A DNA stretch of 64,000 nt from Octopus bimaculoides (Eukaryota): contig NC_068992.1 of the NCBI RefSeq assembly GCF_001194135.2, forward strand, positions 20,541,401-20,605,400, in the 5' to 3' direction. Within the stretch, counting starts at the first letter, position 1, and each line of letters begins with the position of its first letter. The notes under the pieces were generated by a model. It ran no database searches. It was not told the origin of the DNA and saw only the letters and a list, made by a program, of their open reading frames with translations. Shown piece by piece: positions 12,736-25,826 of this stretch. The position numbers and the translations under genes are program-made.

Positions 12736-13599
12736 TATATATGCATTCATATATGTACGTATACATTCATTCATATATATATATATATATATATACGTAC
12801 ACTATAAATTTATTTATACGCATACACATGTGTGTATGTGTCTTTGTGTGTGTATGTGTTTGCACGCGCGCATTTATGTTTTCTGAGTATATGCGAGTCT
12901 ATCTTTGCAGTTGTGTGTTCCCATGTCTATATGAAAGTTGCCAATTTCTTTTCTTTTTTTTTTTCTGAATTTCGGAATCATTTCTACAAGAAAGTACTTA
13001 ATTTCTAACGGACATTCAACTCTCGATGACTGCAATTTCGATAATAGAATGTGATAACCTCTTATATATCGAACTCTAGATATTTTTATTATTTTTATCT
13101 GTTCAGCTTTCAGATGGTGTTTTTGTTTCTTGTGTGCACATTAGTTGGACACTTTCTTTGCTTCAACAACCTACCTATTCCAGTTAAGTGTTCAATCATT
13201 TGATCTCATAGCTAAGCGTACCAACAATATTGGCACGAATGTGAATTTACAATTAGAGGTGAAGAAACACCAGATCTAGATGTAGTTGTCCGAACGATTT
13301 CAGAGATTTTTAAAAAATGCTAAAATCTACATGGAAGCTGATCTTTATAATTGTATATCATTTTATATTTTCAGCCGCAAACCACCATAAATTAGATTTA
13401 TATTTATAATTGGTTGCAGTTTTAATGGAAATGTAGTTTGATATTCCTTATTCATAGATACTAATTTTTTAACTGCTGTAGTGTCTATATTAATTCAAGT
13501 TTTGCAGCTGCCATGGATTTCATACTGAATGAAAGATATTAGCTTAATGACAAATACAGGCATCTACTCATTACACATTTAGTTTACACAGTTATTTGA

Positions 13600-13940
13600 T
13601 GCGGATGTGTAGGAAGAAGTTTGATTTCTGACTAAATTATTCAGGGTTCAATCCCACTGCGTGGCACCATTTGAGAGTGTTTTATATAGTGTGCAGGAGT
13701 ACGTTTCTGTGTGTGTGTGTGTGTGTATTTGTGTGGTGGGGTAGCTTCGGATCGACCAAATCCTTGCAAGTGGATCTGGTATTCAAAATTGAATGATGCT
13801 CGTCGTATATATCATTCCATCTGTGTGAGTGTATTTTTGTCTGTTTCTCTCCAGCCACCCGTTCGGGAGACGAAACCGATAGAATAAGAACAGGGCTTTA
13901 AACAAATAAGTACCGGGGTTGATTTGTCCGACAGCATCGG
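13600..13940 (+). mobile_element. SINE family B, degenerate
   Basis: gggttcaatcccactgcgtggcacc, cggatcgaccaaatccttgcaagtggatctggta, accgatagaataag..ggggttgatttgtccgac. Confidence 0.75.
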
Positions 13941-13968
13941 AGTTGAACTTGTAATACATCGTCAAAGT

Positions 13969-14022
<54 letters not shown>

Positions 14023-15909
14023 ATATGTGTGTGCGCGTGTGTGTGCGTGTGTGTGCGCTTGCGTGTATGTAAATATACATACGTATAGATGTACATCTGT
14101 ATTGTAAGATATACACAAATTCGTTGCGAGGCAATTATTTTCTATTCGTCTCCACACAGACAACACACACACACACCTCTCCCCCACGCAGACACATGCA
14201 CTCACACGCACAGACACACACAGCCTTACGTAAACATACATCAAGGCTAACATAGACACACACACACTGACGTAAACTCACATACTCAAGCAAAAGAGCA
14301 AACACACACACACACACACAGACGCACATTCACAGATTCTTCTCAAAAACAGAATAAGAAGCAGCACACAAGTATATACACACATGTACACTCGTACACA
14401 CACAATCACCTACCCACCCACGCGCGCCCTCTTTCTCCCTGGAACCCTCTCAAACCTCGTTCATCAGTTGTGACGTTAGATTTTTATCAGCCTAGGATTA
14501 TTTCACATTGATTTATTATATATCAAAATATCTTCATATTTCAAAGATTGAGGCGGTGTGCTGGGACGTTGGAAGTTTCTTTTACGTAGATGAACAAACA
14601 GATAAATGCATACACATGCATACACATACACTGACGTATCCATACATACATGTATACACACACAGACGTATGTATATACGAGTGTTTGTGTGTATGTGTA
14701 GAGAGATAGACAGATGTAGATATACAGATTATGAGCACATATATAGAAGTACACACCGTTATTAGACAGATATTAACATATGCATACATATACGCATAAA
14801 GAAATGTACGCACTAAGAGATACGAACACACCCACGCAAACATACACACATACCGCACACTACGTCTTCTCCCACCACAAATGTATAATATATATATATG
14901 TGGGTATATATATATATATATATATANNNNNNNNNNATATATATATATATATATAACGTCCGTATATATGTGTATGAAATGTGAAACAGTTTTAAAATAA
15001 ATTAGCAGAAAAATAAAACGAAATGAAATCAAATTCTTTTATTTTTTCCCTCATTTACCGGAAATTAAATTTGTAGCAAATCGTGACCAAAAGTCTGAAA
15101 TACCTTTTACACCAGAAGGACGTTTCTATTGAACTCAATATTAACTGGGGACGAAATTTTCTCATTCAAATATAAGAAATGGGAGGTGATAAATTGAAGC
15201 AGAACTTTCTGTAATGTCACCGCCTTTACTATTATTACTGTACCAAAGAAATGATTACTTCACTTCAAGCATGCAGCATTATAGAAACTTGCTTAAAACT
15301 AATTGTACTTTCGAATTGTTGAGGTTTATAATTTTCTGCTGTATTTTCTTTTCCTCTTTTCCATTTTTCTTTGTTTTATATCTTTATTTTTTATTCACAT
15401 TCTATGTAAGCAACGTCATTATCCATTTAGTCTGCAGAAAATAAATTTATAGAATTCTGTAACTTTATATAGTTATATCAAATTTATTTCTCACAAATTT
15501 TTCTATGACATTCTTATCTATAATATTTCTATTATTTGCAGAGCGTTTTGATTTTCACACGCAGAAATGAAATCATATATTACTGGTAACTAGTAAGAGC
15601 ACCATAAATTTATATTGCCACGATAGAAATTTGCAAAAGAATCTGGGGTTCAGTTTCTATACCAATCCCTTAGTGGTTGCTGGGCAGAATTATTCGAGAA
15701 GGTAGTTTCATACGTTAAAAAACTCGAAACGACATGTCGCTGCTTATGGCGACGGCACATAAATCCCAGGTGAAGAGTTGATAGCAAAAAGCAAAACTTG
15801 CAATTGTCAATTGGTTTTGCATACCTGTCGTCACTTAAGTTTATAAATATCGGGCAAATACCGAGACAGTTAACTGGCGAATATCTACGGCCCAAATGAG
15901 GATAATATT

Positions 15910-15980
15910 GATTTCAAATGTTGGCACAACGCCAGCAGGTGTCAGGAAGAGAATAAGGCGATTATATCAACTGGTACTTA
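15910..15980 (-). mobile_element. SINE family A 3' fragment
   Basis: ttggcacaacgccagca..taaggcgattatatcaactggtactta resembles the reverse complement of the family A 3' end. Confidence 0.45.
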
Positions 15981-16092
15981 TATACGAAGCCCAATATACC
16001 CATCAGTAGTACCCGTTTGATAAGAGTAGACCAGGCACATTCATCACAACCACATGTGCGCAACATGGTGATCTTATATCAAGGCAAGTAGC
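15980..16092 (+). mobile_element. 5' fragment of the ~580-bp repeat family C
   Basis: atatacgaagcccaatatacccatc..tgataagagtagaccaggcac..catcacaaccac..catggtgatcttatatcaag matches the reverse complement of 16570-16710. Confidence 0.8.
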
Positions 16093-16096
16093 GAAC

Positions 16097-16140
<44 letters not shown>

Positions 16141-16175
16141 TGATGATGATGATGATGATAATGATGATGATAATA

Positions 16176-16752
16176 AATGTCCTGAAGCAGTACCAAGCAC
16201 TGGTTCTCATGGCTTCTGATCTAAACTGATTTTAAGTCTTAGCATGTACATGATTTATCTCGGTATATTTTATGGGTTACAGCAAATATTCTACTCACCA
16301 CTACAGATTTTCTTGTCAGTTGTTTGACCTTAACCATTTGAGCATGTCCCTTAGTGGCTGACGATAAGTGCATTACTAATTACGAGCAGAGGCATTGAGG
16401 AAGCACCATGGCCCTATTTTGAGAGGAATTGTTGGGGTTTCAATAATTCACCTCTGGAGATGCGGATGTTTCATTCATCGTCCTTAAACAAACCTTATAT
16501 AGAGACCTTTTGAGTGAGATGGACTACTAGACTTGAGCAACATTCTAACTGGGACACACCTGCGAGGTCATGTGCTGTTTATCTTGATATGAGACCACCA
16601 TGTCTCGGAAATATGGCTGTGATGTTTGTGCCTTATGTACCCTTATCTGATGTGTAGCCATATATGATGGTACTCATATATGATGGGTTATAATGGGCTT
16701 CGTATATTTTACTCCATTGTCACTTTGATGACATGCACTGCTCTCTCAGTCA
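16176..16752 (-). mobile_element. Repeat family C (~580 bp, non-coding, trinucleotide tail; probably a retroposon or LINE 3' region)
   Basis: Homologous over ~430 bp to 25216-25642 on the opposite strand (aagggacatgctcaa.tggttaaggt.aaacaactgacaag; tcag.ttaagat.agaagccatga); both ends sit in (ATT)/(ATC) tracts. Confidence 0.85.
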
Positions 16753-19690
16753 ATAAATAATAATTAAAATAATAATAATAATAATCGGCTACAAATTTAG
16801 TAACAATACGTGGATAGAGTTAGGAATATCGCTTTCTCCTAAACGATGAATTTTGCGTCATGCATTATTGTGGACAAGTGAGGATACACATCTAGTATTT
16901 TGTCATTTTATGCTTCTGAAAAACTTATCCCTTTTCCTTTCTGGCAACCACATACTCTGGAGATCCCTGCTATACCCTGTATAAGTGTTTTTCGAACTCT
17001 TCTAGTATTGCAAAGTCCTTTGTATTTGATTTTGTCCAGAGGAAAAAATGGTTGCTACTCACTCCCGTAATAGGTGATTTCTTACTCATCGATGTGTCTC
17101 CTAAAAGTTGTACTCATTTATGTACTTTTATTTTTTATTTATCAGACTTGCTGATTTTTCCTTTTTTTTTTTTTGTCGTGTTAAGTCTTTTATTTTCTGG
17201 GGAATTCTACCATCCCGTTCGCCTTCCTTTTATTCCCTGCCCTCATAAACTCTTTAGATCCTTCTTTTATGAGATTATACCTTCAGTTATGAGGCTATGC
17301 TTTCTGGTAGTTCAGCTACTGCTCTCTTTTGTTACTGTTGCTTTTACTGGGAGGGGGCGAATCTCCGTGTTATGGTACATCTTTCCGATATTGTTAATGA
17401 TTTAAATTTCTAATCTGGTATCGAATCGCATCTCTTGAAATATTGGTGTGAACCATTACGTAGAACCATTAAACCCGAATATAAGAATATTTAAGACTTC
17501 CGTAGTAACATAGACACACGTTAATTTTATTTTCATTCAATATATTGTATTAGCCATTCAATACAGGATATTAACAGTGAATGTATTCATGGAACGGCCG
17601 TTTTATTGGTGCGGAGACATCATAGATATATATGATATATTATGAAAATATGAATGATTTTCTCATACACAAGACTGCAGGTGAAAAGGTGAACGTAGCA
17701 GAGCAACATAATTAATCATGTGTTAAATCAACAGTTCTCTATTTTCATGTTGATCATGTCTTTAACAACTCAAGTTACATACTTATACGGGATAAAATCT
17801 GATATCTGATCAAATGGGAAACAAATTGTACCAATGATACATTAGTTCATAAGAAGGTCCATAGAGATGGCCCATTGGTTCAATTTCAATGATTAGTAAA
17901 GAATACAAATGTTTATCTCTTGGGGAGCGCTTGAGAGAGTGAAGGCGAGGTCAAAAACTTGTTACTTTAATTAAAATTTATTGAACTGAAGTGCAAGGGC
18001 CCACAGTATTTTTCTCCTCTTTCTGACCGTTGATTTTATGCCAATAGAAAATTAGTTACGATAATTATAAATTTCTGTTAATGACTAGATACCATAAATC
18101 GGTATTTCGACCACGATTGTAATACATTCTTATATTATCTTGACTAATTAACTAATTAAGGATTTAGTATATTTTAATAAGGTTGCACATCTATTGAAGC
18201 ACAATATAAATGGCTAAACATAACTCTTATTTTGACGCTCTCTTGAGAAATTGTGATCTCACATTGTAGATGTACGAAATTAAATAGCATCCTGCATACA
18301 GTACTATTATCTAATGCTTCTGAATCTCTATCTGTCTATTATATACGAATTATGAATTATTAATATCTGACATTGGCACCTTGCCAAACACTTTTAGCAT
18401 GAAGAAAGAGTCGTATGTATCGATTTCAGTACATACGTAGAACTTAATTATTCATTACGATAAGAATCGACACTGGTTGTAACCGGATTGTGGAGAGACA
18501 GAGTGCAAAGTATTTAGTTAAGTTATTTACTATCTTTGTCACTACATTATATACAGTCTATTAATTAAAAGCCCATTGGTTCTTCTGAGAATTAATTATA
18601 TCTATATTCTTGTATTTATTATTTCCCTGGAGGCATTACCGACAACATGAAATTATGTTTCAAAAACGCCTGAGGGATAAAGACTTGCCGCATTTGATTT
18701 ACTTGGAGCTCCTTCAAATGTGGGTAAATCTTCTACTTCTAGTGAGGAGACATTTTACAAAGGAAATATCACATATTAAATCAGAGACTGTTCTGTTATC
18801 TTCTCTTTTAATCAATGACTCTTGGAAGCTGGATCCAAGCTGCAGATTTCAAAGATCGGCAGAATTCTTAAAATTATAAGGGAGAGAATTTCAATGACGT
18901 ATGATTGAAATACTTAACCGTGAGTTGGAGGATGGTGTTATAATAATATAAAAACATACATATCGAATGACATTTGCTTTTAGGAAATTATGCATGCTAC
19001 TGGAGTTTCCCATAAACAAGCATAATTCATCTGATGTTTCTAAAATTAAACGAAACGTCGAATTTTTCAAACAACGATTTAAACAATGTCTGTCGTGTTT
19101 TTTAGCAAGTCAACCAATAGAATATCACTTTTAAGATTTGGTTCGATGTCATAGTATTGTAGATGCTATCGTACATGTCGATTGAACTGGAAGATTATAG
19201 TTGTGAAAGAAATTAATAATCTCGTAAACATAGTGACAAATATGTTGTGTACTTCTAGTAAAGTATATTATACCAATATCCTTTATATCACCAATGCGGA
19301 ATGCATTTTGTGACAAAAAATAAAACCATGACTGTGTGTGCGAATAAAAGATTTAATAGAGTAGAACAAATAATTGTCATAAACAAAAGTGTGCCATATC
19401 TTTATCTAATAACATTCATTTACTCACGAACAGCCTAGCAAAATATATCACGAGTTTGTGTACATTCTTGCGGGTAGGTTTGTGAGAATATGTTTTTTTT
19501 TCAAACACATTTCAGAATAACATTTCAAACATTTACTGAGAGAGTAATATTATAATCACAGTCGATTTTATTGTGAAGATAAAGTCGACAAGGACTACAT
19601 GCTGGTTCAACTAGCAAAGATACAAAACTCGAAATCCTAATTGCCTTGATCTTTCCTATGTACCTATATACCTATCAGTTTTTCTTTATG

Positions 19691-19730
<40 letters not shown>

Positions 19731-21019
19731 CAGAATAAGACAAGTGGATACCAAATTGGGATATAGTACGACCGTTTAAAGCGGCTCCATTTAATTAAAC
19801 AATGCAATCATTACATCAAATTAAAATCAGTGCCATCTTCAGACGCACAAATAAATAATGGAATTTTAACAAGTAGGACACATTAATATAATTTTTCTGA
19901 AATGTTTTAACAGTGCAAGATGGAAGAAAATCATGTTGTCGCTATTGCAGCTAAGAATAGAATTCATTTCTAAGATCGCCTGGAGCATAGTGGGGGCATA
20001 GGATTGCAAGGGATTATAATTCATTTCTAATTATTTTATCTCTTTATCAACTACTAAATCTAAGAGTGGAAAACTGTCTATTTTGAATAAAGGACAATAA
20101 TGAGTTGACAGCTCATGGTCATAAATATTATCATATGTATCCTTTTTTTCCCAGGGAGAATATAAGACATTAGGAGTAGCCTTTTGGATAAAAGTAACCG
20201 TCGATAAAAAGAGACTCTAAATCATGATGTTAATTACAGTTAAAGGGGCAAGACGGTAAGAAACCGACGATGTTTAAATAGCAGAAGTTTTATTTAAGGT
20301 ACTATGGGTGATTATTTATAAACAATATTGTAATGTTGTATAAATTTCTAATATGATATCATAACCAAAATAGATAAATGGTGTGTATATATCAATTATA
20401 AACATTAAGTAGGAAGATTTAAATAGAATCAGTTTAATATTCATTCATGTACTTGATTACTTATGTGGTTTCTTTAAAGACTGCTCAGGGCATTTACTTA
20501 TGGAATAACTGGAAAGATATACATGCTATCTATTAATTCTAAACCATGAGTCAGATAAATGTAAAGATGCATAGAGATACACACACATTTCTATATGTGC
20601 ATATATGTATATTTACACATACACAAATATTTATACGTTTATATGGATATAGTATAAAAATATCGCTTAGACTTAAGTAACTGAAAAATATCTATTTAGG
20701 AACAAGAAAAGTAACAATTATTAAAGGATAAGTGATTAATAAGGTTATCAAAATAAGAAAACAAAATAATAAGAATTTATAGAAAATAATAAGAAATACA
20801 TATGAAGAGACGAGATTAAAATTAGAGTTAGGGAAGAGATAAAGTTAACCCGAAAAGAGGGGGTAATAGGTATGGAAGTAGTGAGTGTAGTTAAAGGTAT
20901 TCAGACCGAAGAGATTTTCTAAGTTGTAATGTTACAGGTTCTATTGTATGTATGATTTTATAGTTTCTAGTGGGTATATGATTATATGATTTAGTCAGAT
21001 GGAGACTACTATTAATATT

Positions 21020-21039
21020 ATTGATATTACTATCATTGA

Positions 21040-21135
<96 letters not shown>

Positions 21136-21136
21136 A

Positions 21137-21197
<61 letters not shown>

Positions 21198-21200
21198 TAA
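21020..21200. repeat. Compound trinucleotide microsatellite (ATT)n(ACT)n
   Basis: Directly visible; explains the poly-I/T/V ORFs at 20995-21370. Confidence 0.97.
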
Positions 21201-21359
21201 TAGTGTTATTTTTATTGCTGTTACTATTCATACTTCCTTCAACTATAGTATCATTTAAATTCGTCTCAGCTTCGGTGTCACAGTCAATATTGTACATATT
21301 AGATGTGTTACTACTGTTGTTTTTAATTCCTATATCTCCATTAATATTTATTCTCATTG

Positions 21360-22380
21360 TAGGGGTTTAAACTAGTGTTGACAATACTAATATTATTAAC
21401 TCCTCTTGCTCAATTCATACTCCTTCTATTTAACCTGGCTATGGTGGTACCTATATATGGGAAGACAGAATACGACATTCTAACAGTCTTACGGAAAAAA
21501 AATATTCTATTATATCTATGGGGAGGATATAGGTTTTTATCGAGAATTGCTATAAATTTCTTATATATGTTGGTGGATATGGCACAGTTGAAGGGAACAT
21601 TATACCAGACCAAATCCCTATTTTCAGTAATATGAGGATGGAATCTACCTAAACTTTCACCGCCTTCCAAACTTACGACTTGATTATTAGGTATGGCTTC
21701 AGTATCTTTCTTATCATGAGACGGTGAATAATCCGCTCAATCGCTTCTCTACAATTATTATATAAACTATTATTCCTGCTGGTTATAGCATCCACTTCCC
21801 TATTGTTACTTATCTCATTATCTAAATTGATGGGTTTGTTGGATGCTTTCATAGTAGGTCTGTTTTCCCGACAGTGTAGACTTGTATTCTCCCTCTCACT
21901 TAAAATCTCATAATTTATACTATTAGTAGGTGTTATACTTTCTGAACTAAGAAAAGCAATTCCATGGTTGTATCCTGCCTTAGACAAAGCAAAGCTATAA
22001 TGCTGGGAATGAATATTAAATGTCTTTATTGCTGATAATTTGGTAATTTTTCTAGAAATACTTTTGACTACTGATATTAATATAATTAGGGAGAGTGATT
22101 TGAACATTTGTTCACACACCTCGTAACTTCACCTGGTGTCCTATAGGGGTGATACAATCCTCAGTTAATGTCTAATGTAGTATCTAAGAAGTTTTCCACC
22201 TTTGTGCCATATTCAAACGAGACTCCTAAGTTGAAGTTTTAAAAAAATTTCAAATTCGTTTCCTCATTCTTTCTATGACCAACTTATAAATAAATAATAA
22301 TCTCTTTACAAACCTCCCTGCAATTCAGGGATTTCTCAATTTCTTTTGAATATATAACTGGACTCACCAACTAGATTAGT
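21360..22380 (-). mobile_element. Penelope-like element ORF remnant: RT catalytic/thumb region and linker, with stops and frameshifts
   Basis: ITNLVG..EIPELQGGL*RDY (decayed GLYRDD), IERMRKRI*NFFK, NFLDTTLDIN*GLYHPYRTPGE..VNKCSNHS, VKSISRKITKLS..YSFALSKAGY, NRDLVWYNVPFNCAISTNIYKKFIAILDKNLYPPHRYNRIF..KTVRMSYS..PYIGTTIA..N. These are colinear with the PLE pattern NFLDVTLDL..G.Y.PYRKP..SNHP / IIW(F/Y)NPP(F/Y)..TN..KFL..IDK.FP..H..HKIFNR.TVK.SYS. Confidence 0.85.
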
Positions 22381-24024
22381 AATCTTCCTTTTTAATGTTT
22401 ATTATTGATATATACAGACGTTTTATCTATTTTGGTTATGATATCATCATTTACATTCTCAAATCTTATTTCTATACAACACAACAATATTGTTTATAAT
22501 AAATCACCCATAGTGCCCCTAAATTGCATGACATATATACGTACATACATATGTTGTACTCACATACACCTACGTTTCTGCGTGTGGCTACTAAAGTATT
22601 ACGACGGCTACTTGATATTACTAATGTTCTCGTGTAAATAAAACCGGTGAAAGTTTATTATGTTAATGTTCTGATTCTGTGATCAAATGTATACTGGAAA
22701 CTTTGAGTTGTAACATACTTTGAATCTGAGCTCGATGCCAAAATATTTGCGCTCTATATTTTGAATCTTGTACACTTTCTCATGTTTTGTGTTTAATTTC
22801 CATATATATATACGTAAGTGCGTGCGTCCGTGTGTGTGTGTGTGTGTGTATGTGTTTGGGTGTTTGTAAATCTTATTGTGTGAAACACTTGTTTCTTTAG
22901 CTATTTTTCGTATCTAATTATGTTTGCTTTATTTACAGATGCACAGCCACAAAGCCAAAAAAATAGGGATTCATACATTTATGATTTCTTTAAAAGGCCT
23001 GGCTGAAGCAAAACTTCATTCTAATCTTCCGAGTTAATTGCAAACATTATAAATGCTCTTGAAATTACTTCAACAAGAACCGAAGTATCATGATTAGACG
23101 TGATTTTAATGCACACATAAAACAATGATATCATGAAACATACCTATAATACATAATCTGACGCATTGATAATTTCAAGAATACTATTGTTTTATTTATC
23201 TTATTCCCCAGCTTAAATTAATTCCTCTAATTACATAGTGTATTATAACGTATTTCGGAAGCTAGCAGGGATTTAAATTGATAATAATGGAGTTTTCCGC
23301 TATTTAGAAATTCTTTGTTGATATTTGGATATCATATAATATTTTAAATCATTTATTTGGTCCCTGCTTATGTGATTTTATCTTTCTTCCACGCGTATTG
23401 TTTACATTTTATTTTCCTGTATCTGTTTCACATTTATTTTATAAGAGAAACAATTGCAATTTTATCCAACAGCGATGTTATTAAAATTATAAATCATTCT
23501 TTCGCAATTATATGCCTGCTGCTGTTTATTTCCGCTGACTTTCAAATATGTACTTCGTTATTCCCAAGTCGAATGTAGACGAATTTGCTCCGGATCCGAA
23601 TATTAAGAGAAAATTGAATTTATCCTAAACTTATATTAACATGTGTATGGTGTTCAAGAATAAGTATATTCTGATATTTACACATACATGTATACACATA
23701 TTTACAGACGTCCGTTCAGTTACACGCACAAATTCACTTTTTCTCACTAAACAGCCACACACATTAACAAATATACATACATATACAAATGAAGTTGCTA
23801 TTTAAATTCATACGTATTACCAATTCTAAGTTACCTCTTCCTTCGCGTTAAATTATCTTAAATTACAGTGTAAATGATCTTAGGTATAATCACTTTCTAA
23901 TCATATTGGTGAGTTCCGATCTTTTGATTTAATGCATCCAGTGAATTGGAGAGATATTCATATTGCATTTATTTGAATATTTGACTCTCGTTTGGGCTCA
24001 GTTTCTCATTTAATACTTTGATAT

Positions 24025-24180
24025 CGTAACGATTCGGCAAATGAGTCATTAGAATGCGTATCGCTTTTTAAAAATGATTACTGGCTCCCATTTGTCTGAC
24101 TAAAACCGTCACGTATTTGCTCTAATATAGTTGCATCAACGCAGTTCAATGACCGAAACAAGTAAAAACTAAGAAAAAGA
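24025..24180 (+). mobile_element. SINE family B 3' half, highly degenerate
   Basis: cgattcggcaaatgagtcattagaat..atttgtctgactaaa..cgcagttcaatgaccgaaacaagtaaaaa. Confidence 0.5.
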
Positions 24181-25215
24181 ATTATAATAAGAATTGTAGA
24201 AAGTCCAACTTGCACCGTTGCATTTCCTTTTGATGTCTCGGATGCAGTCATATTAATTTTAACGTGACGGTTTTGAAGACTTTTTTAGATAGTTTCTTTA
24301 TCTCCACTTCGTCAAACAACAAGCATATTTCCATGTTATTTTTTAACTACAGTTCAATACCGACTACACAAATCTATGATCAAAAGCGTTAAATTCTTCT
24401 AATTCATATCGTTTTGGATAACTCATTGATTAAAGTGAATATGTGCTTGACAGTTGGATGAGGTTTCTAGGAAATTCAGTTTGTCAATATGTATCAATTT
24501 ATTTCAAATTACTGTAGATTTGCCTCATATATCATAGCATGATTGTGATGATGGACAATACGGTATTTTATCTCCAATGTTTTCCAAGTATAGAATTCAG
24601 ATTTGAATCGGCTATCGACATACGATTTCAGACAACGTCTGCAGTTATATCTAACAATAATTGGATTCAATTATTTGTAAGTAAATACACATGCATTATA
24701 ATTTTCGCTTGATAACGCAATGACAATGGAACTGTTTTTGTGTGTGCTGTGACATATTACTTAATATTTTACTTAATCATTTCTATATGTGATTCCCTAT
24801 TTTTAATAATACTCAAATTTTTAATGCATACTTTAAATAATACTCAATAGTTTTATTCAAATAAAGCTTCATTTATATAAGACTTGCTTTGAGATTTTAC
24901 ACTGCCTACGCCCAGTAAATTTGTTGGCATTTCAAAATAATTTCTCACTGAATCTGTCAATGTTTTCCTCACCCTCCCTCAAATCTCCGTTTCTCTCACT
25001 CTTCTTCTGAACAAACACGAGAAAAATTTTAGTAACCACTCAAGTAATAACAAGTCTACAAATATGAAACGCATTATTGTATAGGTACACAAACACACTC
25101 ACACACACAAACGCACACACAACGCGCGCGCACACACAATTTTATCTATATTGTACGTACGTATGCAAGATATGCTTGCGTATCTGTTATATACGTGAAT
25201 TGGTGACCTTGTCTG

Positions 25216-25641
25216 CGGGACATGGTGACCTCATATCAAAATAAATAGCGCACGCCCTTGCGGGTGGGGCCGTGTTAGAATTTTCTTCATGTTCAGTAGC
25301 CCATCCCGCTGAAAACATCCTTGAAATAGTGTACTTTAAGGATGTTGAACGAAACACCTATGTTTCCAGAGGGGAATTATTCAAATCCAAAAGAATACTC
25401 CTCACCACTTGGTTTTGATGCTCCTCCACTACGCCTGCTCCGGTCAGATATACATATTGTCAGCCACCAAGGGACATGCTCAACTGGTTAAGGTGAAACA
25501 ACTGACAAGCAAATCTGTGGTATTGAGCAGAATATTTGCTATAGCCCATCCTTTATACCAAGCAAAATAATGTACATGATAACTCTTCCAATCAGTTAAG
25601 ATGAGAAGCCATGAAAGCCATTGCCTTGTACTGCATAAAGG

Positions 25642-25642
<1 letters not shown>
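25216..25642 (+). mobile_element. Repeat family C, 5'-truncated copy
   Basis: Aligns to the reverse complement of 16176-16610; followed directly by a (CTT)n(ATT)n(AGT)n tail. Confidence 0.85.
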
Positions 25643-25672
<30 letters not shown>

Positions 25673-25685
25673 TTATTATTATTAT

Positions 25686-25727
<42 letters not shown>

Positions 25728-25752
25728 CAGTATCAGTAGCAGTAGCAGCAGC

Positions 25753-25803
<51 letters not shown>

Positions 25804-25826
25804 TGTAGTAGTAGTAGTAGTAGTAT
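25643..25826. repeat. Compound microsatellite (CTT)n(ATT)n(AGT/AGC)n; other trinucleotide tracts at 16097-16175, 37606-37663, 50559-50655 and 62582-62697
   Basis: Directly visible. Confidence 0.97.

Larger units (their letters stand above)
20298..22517. mobile_element. 2.2-kb element bounded by ~125-bp terminal inverted repeats (20298-20419 and 22381-22517), TTAA on the left; Kolobok-like non-autonomous DNA transposon candidate
   Basis: Left ggtactatgggtgattatttataaacaatattg..tgatatcataaccaaaatagataaa..tgtatatatcaa..aaacattaa..aggaagatt versus reverse complement of right ggcactatgggtgatttattataaacaatattg..tgatatcataaccaaaatagataaa..tgtatatatcaa..aaacattaa..aggaagatt. The inverted repeat is directly visible; the superfamily assignment is inference. 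Confidence 0.75.

Noticed and set aside
20995-21370. Poly-V/I/T ORFs resembling a mucin or membrane protein (also 25601-25834, 50489-50764, 62510-62719)
   Set aside because: Produced by trinucleotide microsatellites open in several frames on both strands.
21410-22119. Initial reading as an L1/APE-type endonuclease
   Set aside because: The colinear motifs fit the Penelope-like RT thumb and linker far better (NFLD.TLD, SNH, WYN.PF, TV..SYS).
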